Source: a virus (Duplodnaviria > Caudoviricetes). Taken from it: DNA of 32,883 bases. The stretch lies in the IMG/VR virus record IMGVR_UViG_3300037423_002342, positions 1 through 32,883 of that record. The stretch is one strand, 5' to 3'. A model generated the notes under the pieces. It saw only the letters and a list, made by a program, of their open reading frames with translations. It was not told the origin of the DNA and did no database searches. Position numbers and translations under genes: made by a program. Shown in pieces: positions 27,001 through 32,883 of the stretch; position 1 is the stretch's first letter; each line of letters begins with the position of its first letter.

Positions 27001-30000
27001 GTCGGCCTCCAGGTACATGAAGGTCTCGAACCGCTTCAGGCCCGAGTCGTCGCCGCTCTTCTGCGCCTTGTCCTTGGCCGCCAGATAGTCGGCCACCGCC
27101 AGCACGGCGTGGACCCCGTGCATCGACAGGCCTTTGCCGTCGTTGGCCGCCATCATCTGTTCGAGGATCTCGCTCGGGAGATCGTTCTTACGCCCGGCCT
27201 GGATCCAGGCCTTCAGCTGTTGAACCAGAGGGAAGAGATCCCCGCCCTCGGTCATGGTGCGGGCGATCACCTGACGCACCACGTCGACGCGCACGTCCCT
27301 CTCGGTCTTGATCCCGACGCCTTGACCGATGGTCATGGCGAACTTCTCAAAGTCCGGGCCGTTGCCGGACAGGTCCAGGGTCGACTTGGTCGGCATGAAC
27401 AGCTCGCGGGCCAGCTTGTCGCCCTGCGGATTGTTCAGCCCCATCATCTGCATCCGGCCGACCTTGGTGATCTGGTGCTCGTAGTAGGTCGCCACCTCTT
27501 CCGGCCGGATCCTCAGCTGCTTGGCCACCGCCCGCACCTGCTCCAGCTGCGCCATCAGGTTCTGATGGGCGCTGATCAAGCCGCGGTTCTTGCCGTCGAC
27601 CGACAGCTCGTGCTGCGCGTTCAGGTCGCCGGGCTCGAACTCCCGGCCGCCCATCAGCAGCATGTAGCCGCGCTCGCCCAGCGCCCGGACGAAGTCGCCG
27701 ACCAGGAAGTTGGGCAGGTAGGGGACGTTCTGCTCGTGCTCCAGCGCCCGCAGCTGCTGACGCTTGTTTTTCACCATCGGATTGCGCAGCTGGGTCTTGG
27801 CCGGTTCGCCCAGCTTCTCGCCGACGCTGACGCCCTGCGGCCTGTTCTGCACCAGGGCCAGGTCGCCGAGCAGTTTCTTGGCTCCCCCGATTTCCTTGAA
27901 AATCTCCTGGATTTTCTCGGAGCGGGTGTCGAGCCAGATCCGGTTGAAGGTCTTCACCGTGATGTCGGGGAAGGCGACGCCCAGTTCCAGATGCAGCAGC
28001 CCGGCTTCATGCAGGCCGTGCAGCAGCTCCTTGGCCACCGCCTCGGGGATGCCTCGCACGTAGGTGTCGGAGACGCCTTTGACCGTCTCCAGGCCCCAGA
28101 ACTCGCGGATGCGTTCGCCCAGGGTGCGGGCCGCCTCGTCGAGCGACAGGCCGCGGTTGAATTCCTGGATGTGCGCCTGGGTGACCAGATCCTCGTCGAT
28201 CCCCATGATCTTGGCGACGTCTTCGGCGTCCAACTTGTTGATCCGGTCGGACGCGGTCAGCAGCCAGTCGAGCGCGGCGACCAGCGCGGCCTCGATCAGC
28301 TGCTGATTATACCGATAACCCTTCTGGGTTTTATCCAGAATATTCAGGGCCCGGCCGCGGACGAAGCGGTTCACCGCGTCGCCCCGGTTGAGCAGCTGCA
28401 GCAGGGTCGGCCCCGAGGTCGGCTTCTCGGTGAGCGCCGTCTTCAGCCGCCGGTTCACCGCCTTCAGCGCCGCGTCGCCCTGCTCAAGCAGATCCTGCAG
28501 CGCCTGACGCTGGGTCAGGTCGACGTCGTACTTGGGCTCCTTGCCCATGAATTCGACGATCGCCGCGGCCGACTTGCCGAGCAGGTCGTAGACCCCCTGC
28601 AGCGGCTTCTCGAAGCCGAGCATCTTCGAGGTTTGTTCCTGCGGGAAGCGGAACGCCTTGTGGAAGAGGTTCTTCCCGGCTTGGATCAGGCGGGGGAACG
28701 CCTGCTCGATTTCGGATTTATGATCCGAAGGGTTTTCAGTATTCGATTTCGGAGCTTCGGAAGTGACCGGGGACTTCTCGCTCGTGGACTCCTGACGTGC
28801 GGGTTTTTCCTGGACGGGCTGCGTGGCAGCAGCCTCGTCCTCCGCCGGTCGAGCCTGGACCGGCTCAGCTTCCACAGGCTCCGGAAGCGGGAGCTCCAGC
28901 TGCTTGGGTTCTTCGACCTTGGCACTGGGGCTCTCGATCTTCTGGTTCGGCTTCGCCTCGACTTTGGGCTCGACCGGAGCCTTGGCTCTCTGGGTCTGGT
29001 CCAGCGCCAGCTTCGGCAGCGTCATCTGTTCCTGGCCGACCTCGGGGTGCGTCGCGGCCATGTTATTGGCCAGCTTGATCACCCTGTAGGCGTCAGCGTG
29101 AACCTGACGGGCGAAGGTCTCCGAGCCTGTGTTGCCGACGATGACGCCGATGCCCTTCTTGTCGGTGAAGAAGTTCTGGCTCTTGTCCAGGGATTCGTAG
29201 GGCACGTTCTTGCCGTCGCCGTTGGCGATCGACTGGTTCAGCGCCGCCACCTTGTTGCGCATCGCCTGGGCGAACATCTGGAGATGATTCATCGCCGCCT
29301 GGAGCCTGGCCGGATCGCCGGAGGCCGCCGCCTGGTTGATCGCCTGCGTGTGGTCGGCCAGCGACCGCTGGTGCGCCTTGTCGCCGCCGCTGGTCTCGAT
29401 CTGCTGCGACACCTGGTCGGCCAGCGACGGCTTCGCCGCCTCCTTGGAACCAGGAACAGAAGACTCTTCCTGCACCGCCTGGTGCACCGCCTGGTGCATC
29501 GCCTGCACGCCCCGCAGCGCCTTCAGCTGTTCCGGCGAGAGCTCCACGTCGCCGCGGTCGGCGTGGGCCAGGACGTCGGCCACCACCTTCGGATTGGCCG
29601 CCTGCGGAGCCTGCTCGGCCAGGGCGACGGTGTTGGCCAGCAGCTGCTGCTCTTCGGCGGATCCAGTGCCCAGCTGATCGAGCCCGGCCTCCGACTGGGC
29701 CATTTCGGTGCGGGCCCAGGCCATCGCCTGCCGGATCGACGGGGTGTGCCGGACGGCGTCGAGGATCCCGGCGTAGTGCTGGAACTGCTGGAACTCCGGG
29801 CGATCGTGCGGCACATTATCCAGAAAATCCGGATAATCCTCGTTGAAAAGCTTGTGGTTGTCCTCCAGCTGCCCGATCAGGAAGGTCGCCGCCGAGATGC
29901 GGTCGGCCTCGGTCTCGTTCTCGCTCCCGGCGACCTTGGCCATCATCGCCAGGGTCTCGAACTTGTTGAGCGGCCCGCCTTGCGCCTCGGCCCTGTCGAT

Positions 30001-31845
30001 CCAGCGCTGGGTCAGCGACGGCGGCAGCTGGCGCAGGTCCTGCGGCGTGGTCTTCGAGGCGTCCTGGACCTTCTGGACGTAAGTCTCGACATCCGCCCGG
30101 CGCTGGTCCTGGGCGGCGACCGTTGTATCGTCCGCCGGATTATCTTGATTATCGTTGGTCGGATTATTGAATTCTGCGGCCAGGGTCTGCAGTCCCGCGC
30201 CCACCGACGGCGCGCTGGCGGCCGCGGCGGCCACCCCCTGGGCGGCGTTCTCTTCCGAGACCGGCGAAGCTTTGCGGTTGGCGTCGACGATGCCGACCCC
30301 GCGTTCCCAGACCTTGTTCCCAGCGAACTTGGCCAGCCGCGCCGCGTCGGAGACCACCGCGCCGGGCCCGGAGACGACCCCGGCCCCGAGACCGCCGAAC
30401 AGACCGCCCTGCAACGCCTGGGAGCCGACCCCCTCGGCCAGGTTCTGGTCCGGATTGGCCCCCGAAGTCTCCACGCCGAGGTTCTGCGCCAGCTGGCCGA
30501 CGCCGGACTGCAGCGACTCCTCGACGGTCTCTTTCAGCGCGTCGGGGATCACCGACGCCGCGCCGCCTTCGATCCCGAACAGCCGCGCCGGATCGCCCTC
30601 GTAGTGCTCGACCAGCTTGCTGGTCAGCACCGCGGTCGGCGCGGCCACCGCCAGCGCCACGTTTCCGGCCTCGTCAGCCAACTGCACCTTGGCTTGCCGC
30701 AGCGCGTCCTGCGGCTCCGCGCCCTTGGCCATCAGGTCGCGAACCAGGAGCTGGAACCGGGGCGACTGCTCCAGCAGCTGCTCGTCCGGCGTCGCCAGGA
30801 TCTGCTGCTCGGTCTGCTGCTTGGCTCCGCCACCTTCCAGAGCGCCGATCGCCGCCGGAAACGCGGCGCGGTCCACCGTGCCTCTCGCCGTCTTCAGCGC
30901 GGCTCCGACCCGGGCCACGCCGCCGGTGAGCTCGCCGGTGAGCTCGCCGCTGGCGGGAGCCAGGCCCGCGGCCTGACGGGCCAGCAGGGCCAGTTCGTCG
31001 GCGTGTCCGGCCGCCTGCGCCCCCAGCCGGGACATGATCGCCCGCTCCGCCAGCCCGGCGGTGCCCACGATGCCTTCCTTCAGCGGACCGCCGAGCAGGG
31101 TCGAGCCGATTCCTTCGGCGACGCCTTCCTCCAGCAGCGCCGGGTCCTCGCCGAGCCGCTTGGCCCCGGAGATCACGTCGCGACCGAAGGAGCGCAGCGA
31201 GGCGACCAGCTCGCCGTCGGTCTTGCGGTCCTGCTCGAACCTGGCCTGGTTCTCCTGCCCGTCCAGCTGCGCCCGGACCGCGTCGAGCTGGCGCGAACGA
31301 GCCAGGCCCGCCGACTGCGCGGAATCGGTGAAATCCTTGATCCTGCCGAAGAGTTCGGCGTTGGCGGCCCCGGCTTTCTTGCCGATCGGGATGGCCGCCA
31401 GCTGGGTCAGACCGCCGATGCCCTGCACCAGGCCGGAGCCGACCCCGATCAGGTCGTCGCCCACCCGCTCGTTGCCGGAACGCGCCCGGTTTCCCGAATC
31501 GCGGACGTTGTTGTCGCCCTGCACGGTGAGCCGGGCGACCTGGTCGGCCACACCCGGGCCGTACTTCAGGTCGAAGGCGATCGGATCCAGGGTCTTCTGG
31601 TCCTGCAGGATCTGGTTTCCGGCGGTCAGCGCGTTGCCGCGGTCGTTCGACAGGGTCACCGCCGTCAGCTGGTTCGGATCGCTCAGCGCCTGGGTGATCT
31701 GCGCCAGGGCCGCGGCGGTCGGCATTGAAGCGGGCGTCGGCGCGGCGACTGGAGCGGACGGCCTGGACGCAGGTCGCGGACCGTTGACCACGTCCCGAAA
31801 CGCCAGGTTGGAGAGCTTGGCGAGGCTGCTCAGGATGTCCGACAT
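21064..31845 (-). CDS. Virion-encapsidated RNA polymerase (N4 gp50/vRNAP-like), 3593 aa
   Basis: Size, orientation and synteny. Motifs ITKVGRMQM, motif A YLEADGKTNG, motif B RGASKNPLTISIYGSG, motif C VFDG. No Cys seen in my reading of the translation, as for N4 vRNAP. Confidence 0.95.
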   Translation of the reverse strand: MSDILSSLAKLSNLAFRDVVNGPRPASRPSAPVAAPTPASMPTAAALAQITQALSDPNQLTAVTLSNDRGNALTAGNQILQDQKTLDPIAFDLKYGPGVADQVARLTVQGDNNVRDSGNRARSGNERVGDDLIGVGSGLVQGIGGLTQLAAIPIGKKAGAANAELFGRIKDFTDSAQSAGLARSRQLDAVRAQLDGQENQARFEQDRKTDGELVASLRSFGRDVISGAKRLGEDPALLEEGVAEGIGSTLLGGPLKEGIVGTAGLAERAIMSRLGAQAAGHADELALLARQAAGLAPASGELTGELTGGVARVGAALKTARGTVDRAAFPAAIGALEGGGAKQQTEQQILATPDEQLLEQSPRFQLLVRDLMAKGAEPQDALRQAKVQLADEAGNVALAVAAPTAVLTSKLVEHYEGDPARLFGIEGGAASVIPDALKETVEESLQSGVGQLAQNLGVETSGANPDQNLAEGVGSQALQGGLFGGLGAGVVSGPGAVVSDAARLAKFAGNKVWERGVGIVDANRKASPVSEENAAQGVAAAAASAPSVGAGLQTLAAEFNNPTNDNQDNPADDTTVAAQDQRRADVETYVQKVQDASKTTPQDLRQLPPSLTQRWIDRAEAQGGPLNKFETLAMMAKVAGSENETEADRISAATFLIGQLEDNHKLFNEDYPDFLDNVPHDRPEFQQFQHYAGILDAVRHTPSIRQAMAWARTEMAQSEAGLDQLGTGSAEEQQLLANTVALAEQAPQAANPKVVADVLAHADRGDVELSPEQLKALRGVQAMHQAVHQAVQEESSVPGSKEAAKPSLADQVSQQIETSGGDKAHQRSLADHTQAINQAAASGDPARLQAAMNHLQMFAQAMRNKVAALNQSIANGDGKNVPYESLDKSQNFFTDKKGIGVIVGNTGSETFARQVHADAYRVIKLANNMAATHPEVGQEQMTLPKLALDQTQRAKAPVEPKVEAKPNQKIESPSAKVEEPKQLELPLPEPVEAEPVQARPAEDEAAATQPVQEKPARQESTSEKSPVTSEAPKSNTENPSDHKSEIEQAFPRLIQAGKNLFHKAFRFPQEQTSKMLGFEKPLQGVYDLLGKSAAAIVEFMGKEPKYDVDLTQRQALQDLLEQGDAALKAVNRRLKTALTEKPTSGPTLLQLLNRGDAVNRFVRGRALNILDKTQKGYRYNQQLIEAALVAALDWLLTASDRINKLDAEDVAKIMGIDEDLVTQAHIQEFNRGLSLDEAARTLGERIREFWGLETVKGVSDTYVRGIPEAVAKELLHGLHEAGLLHLELGVAFPDITVKTFNRIWLDTRSEKIQEIFKEIGGAKKLLGDLALVQNRPQGVSVGEKLGEPAKTQLRNPMVKNKRQQLRALEHEQNVPYLPNFLVGDFVRALGERGYMLLMGGREFEPGDLNAQHELSVDGKNRGLISAHQNLMAQLEQVRAVAKQLRIRPEEVATYYEHQITKVGRMQMMGLNNPQGDKLARELFMPTKSTLDLSGNGPDFEKFAMTIGQGVGIKTERDVRVDVVRQVIARTMTEGGDLFPLVQQLKAWIQAGRKNDLPSEILEQMMAANDGKGLSMHGVHAVLAVADYLAAKDKAQKSGDDSGLKRFETFMYLEADGKTNGPINALMLLAPGQITPEFLDLVKKGGVFFGELGRTLNSMSGEPDLYGTSSARTQVEVAELGHELARTNKLAHAQLQTLFRVISALGMDVKIEGDTLKIERGASKNPLTISIYGSGAMGIAGNVAGEMIDLIYEKLSEHTGSGKSLDDLTYTGSDEHGSFTQDLKSLLSLKPYRDRDNGKMKLARVDPGQHDLQADPHGFKFSPEQRKTLQANVLHFLVTPMRQAIEATAMGHVRETVETLQRATQIQSIVFKALFRNAVIQKLAEKQLNPDKYPDFQKGDFLSQAELDEIRRSLLRYSPFIDTGTQSYLLSGAEKSDLFETVELTVDGKKIKVSMPESFSRSLSDDLATPAFVYGPTVAGVKVTPTLVIGSGDGQTMLNLATMKDAPDRAGKVFDGFNMAADMIDEYSRLANQAQFEAWTKNTNPVRAVLESFQAFVDSDPTASLLDPHNAFNIQLDTFIYEMSQADEGVRKPTDRVSPERVREMLQESLAALSRVADETDARRQLFSEMPLSIDQMASAESPYVTPGQGEMAALVGLSSAEQAERMNRRLEQILAEQAADRRLAALDNPGKSEDKSEKTAVETDNPKFAAAVDELALPDGDSGARVLRPEALDLMLDTVGKDFSPVHREMLTASLALLKDSGYRLVFGSPDQLDAWEQAHNADRFVPDSNDGYGKIDPVAKLILASNLAHETVVHELIHAATFSKVKAFYEAPGSLAPEDRQAIEHLQGLMNGWLAQDFANEDAVTRDARRQAYGEVVYQQRLGNDAAALNEFMAWVLANTNLAKAAARTKVQTPWFRSFGKALQALKNLIWGGKNAAKVNADDTLLNALRFNTRVLMATPSPVDNLRAEAGALTLNHSPVFGNNQRLIELREAFLAKVVNYIDAVPAEKLYREAGFDNALYDAGKLADLFVAHGFAMDMQQFSTFTAVQAAMMLDVKLNANALSRLQTVYDHVVQLLEPSALQDDPDSHAPDQVYLGQERYKVLNGVYGGATDAQGRSSLLSSFLALALVHDGFRQTLAGLETPKSLKSRDKTLDAYLSNWGVARMDALSRILSGEKGVEVQAAMDSLTRSLLANVGDQRTFAETAAENGIDGVDRYLRNNLQALSEKGYQAADKVLADPASPKLLQGGARFLRLVSQLVSESRAEEAALGLTKALNQGQGLQWLREVAADVVGRTRENAPLFDMISRVRSFVQQTRQQFRDHLPKTLADKFSRALSDAEKTALFHGLARTDLAALYAAHGVQGALALLVDDSRRSQEIRTLEASIQALDPARFAKLREKAKQLAHYLNTGEHGVRLLRNAEAVARLFGEQGYTRAEVDPGLVAQLDRLTTLYAVDGLDAGHRELLQKLHRKEADGLAYVLSYLNGLRVDEKSKLIDEISRNNHYKGYVPSEQQPSVSLVVAKASEHERLVGMGYVKLGEYLGSSADHLVGKRAYYFTPVTGRAPFNQGVLQMVHRTASGIDPNTGYTTRELTAGRIDDPKAVARILRQLNNQRQTTENLLPVYDADGDVRAFERGVDPQQTLRLNKSGDLLKMMGAWAGRLVEEQLAQEVNRELVETLHGLWLQGKKDGRVNEFVDLSRLRKTDDPVLHEVWGLIPHQTRQLIRERFGSEGFRVRRDLLNDAVGYRSASVGDLFTGNGRWKPAVSQHFQKIAYGILGDRAYGKLVTAERVVQDAVADAKVMIVVKSIVVPAGNMISNMYQLLARGVPFRDVVKGMGAKTALLNDYINNRKLEIDLQADLKAAQGRNDLVAVRKLETRIRAIQDSYKRSAIWPLIQAGEFSAISDGGVTAEDVTLANGKWVSYVEHLVEKLPTGIKTVGRYALITRDTALFQGLAKAIQYGDFLAKAVLYDDLTERKGLSSEEALVQVSEEFVNYNRLAGRSRQYLESVGLLWFYNFKLRSMKTAASMLRNQPFRALLATAAHPHLGVIGNIGLPTTDNFATLLGDGNLGWSIGPQMGLNSHNLSPWPNLVF

Positions 31846-31901
31846 TATCTAGACCTGGATTCGGGATTTATTCCTGATTTTCTATACGAGAACCAGGCGT
31901 C

Positions 31902-31931
31902 AAGAAACAGGGGAACCCTTTCGGGTTCCCC
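31902..31931 (-). terminator. Terminator-like hairpin between virion gene and vRNAP
   Basis: On the - strand: GGGGAACCC-GAAA-GGGTTCCCC followed by TGTTTCTT. Confidence 0.65.
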
Positions 31932-31966
31932 ACCATATTCCGATTATCTTGAATTTCACCAGAGGA

Positions 31967-32881
31967 TTATCTGATTACCGGGTTGCGGGCGTAGACCGTG
32001 GTCTGCGGCCCCAGCGCCGCGATCTGCAGCCGCACCGCCGCCGACTGGGCGTTGTAGCGCCGGGTCTCCTCGTCGAGATTGATCCCGGTCTTGCCCGCGG
32101 CTTTGGCCGCCACCGCCGCGTCGTAGCGGGCCTGGATGTCGGCCAGCTTCTGGTTCAGCGCCGGGAGGCTGGCCTGGGCCTCCAGCTGGCCCCGGGCGGT
32201 CCGGATGATCGCCTGGCCCCCGGCGTTGGGGTTGCCGTTCTGCGGATTGAACCAGCGGGCGAACAGCTCGTCGCCGCGCTTGCGATCGACGACGCTGACC
32301 GGATTGGAGTTCTTGTCGCCGCCGAGCAGGAAGCTGACCGCGTCGCCGACCAGGCCCGACTCGCCGCCGTGGGTCTGCTGCGCCTGCGGCAGCGGCTTGC
32401 CGTCCGGGCCTTTCTTTTTGCCCGCCACCGCACGGGCGATGCCGTCGGTCACCGCCCGCGCCGCGCCGCCGACAGTCGCGTAGTCCTGCGGCTTGATGCT
32501 GTTCTCGACCACCGCCGCGGCGATGTTCGGAGCCATGCCGCGGTCGACGTAGCGCTGGATCTCGTCCTGGAACTGCGCCTCGGTGAGGCCGGTGGTGCCG
32601 GGGCTGGTGCGGCCCTTGGCGTCGGTCTTGCGGCCGTAGACCTCGAACAGCCGTTTGGCCGCCTGCGCCACGTTGTCGGCCGGATTGGCGTTGTTCACCA
32701 CCGCCGCCAGGAACGGCCGGTCGGACTGGAACGCCTTGTCGACCACGATGCCGTCGGCCCCGGCCTGGGCCGCGGACCCCGCCGCCTGGTTGGCGTAGTT
32801 GGTGGCGATCGCGTCGATCTTGCGCATCCGGTCGGCCCACGCCGCGCCGAACCTCTCCTTGCCTTGGGTCTGGGCGTAGCG
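31967..32881 (-). CDS. Virion protein preceding vRNAP (N4 gp51-like by position), 5'-truncated by window edge
   Basis: The frame stays open to the window edge (RYAQTQGKERFGAAWADRMRKIDAIA...). Ala/Gln/Asn-rich and Cys-free in the visible part. Confidence 0.7.
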   Translation of the reverse strand, partial: RYAQTQGKERFGAAWADRMRKIDAIATNYANQAAGSAAQAGADGIVVDKAFQSDRPFLAAVVNNANPADNVAQAAKRLFEVYGRKTDAKGRTSPGTTGLTEAQFQDEIQRYVDRGMAPNIAAAVVENSIKPQDYATVGGAARAVTDGIARAVAGKKKGPDGKPLPQAQQTHGGESGLVGDAVSFLLGGDKNSNPVSVVDRKRGDELFARWFNPQNGNPNAGGQAIIRTARGQLEAQASLPALNQKLADIQARYDAAVAAKAAGKTGINLDEETRRYNAQSAAVRLQIAALGPQTTVYARNPVIR

Positions 32882-32883
32882 CT

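Larger units (their letters stand above)
5190..31971. repeat. Dispersed clustered heptamer GATTWTC/GAWAATC in AT-rich patches
   Basis: Exact GATTATC/GATAATC found by eye at 5190, 8110, 8142, 13475, 14356, 18327, 18335, 19207, 25281, 29832, 30138, 30147, 31942 and 31965, plus many neighbouring one-mismatch copies. Confidence 0.8.

Noticed and set aside
29471-29508. 12-bp tandem repeats in vRNAP (HQAV-HQAV here; GELT-GELT near 30921-30949)
   Set aside because: Two- to three-copy in-frame micro-duplications in low-complexity regions, with no sign of function.
26521-31728. 1735-aa + strand ORF and other long antisense ORFs (8896-10551, 11597-13423, 15285-17531, 22933-24426)
   Set aside because: These are shadow frames of GC3-biased genes on the opposite strand. 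They have no recognisable motifs and fully overlap well-supported genes.
31870-31905. Sigma70 late promoter for vRNAP (TTGACG on - strand at 31898-31903), and similar TTG hexamers at 7412 and 7693
   Set aside because: No convincing -10 element at canonical spacing; cannot be supported without TSS data.
1-32883. N4-type vRNAP hairpin promoters, canonical tRNAs, integrase/IS elements, introns or inteins
   Set aside because: None recognisable. Early vRNAP promoters are expected upstream of this window, and the polymerase, helicase and primase ORFs are uninterrupted.

Overview
This window is the central part of a GC-rich (roughly 65% by eye, not computed) N4-like phage genome (Schitoviridae-type gene order). 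The + strand carries, in order: the 3' part of RNA polymerase II subunit 2, an AAA+ ATPase / metallopeptidase-vWA pair, dCTP deaminase, a translationally coupled string of small accessory ORFs, an HTH protein, an H-NS-family protein, and the replication module (Dda-like helicase, family A DNA polymerase, PD-(D/E)XK nuclease, primase, Sak4-like ATPase, SSB, RusA-like resolvase). The - strand carries a 3593-aa virion RNA polymerase and the 3' part of the next virion gene. Four things stand out. (1) A heptamer, GATTWTC/GAWAATC, recurs in short AT-rich clusters across the window, including inside coding sequence, where it overrides the G/C-ending codon bias. (2) The phage encodes an H-NS-like protein, with an adjacent HTH gene, that could read those clusters. 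(3) Three ORF-free, heavily base-paired intergenic blocks look like ncRNAs; one is about 500 nt and has two tRNA T-arms but no complete tRNA. (4) There is a 46-aa, about 48% acidic microprotein missed by the ORF track. Family assignments come from motif recognition and synteny recalled from N4-like phages, not from database searches.
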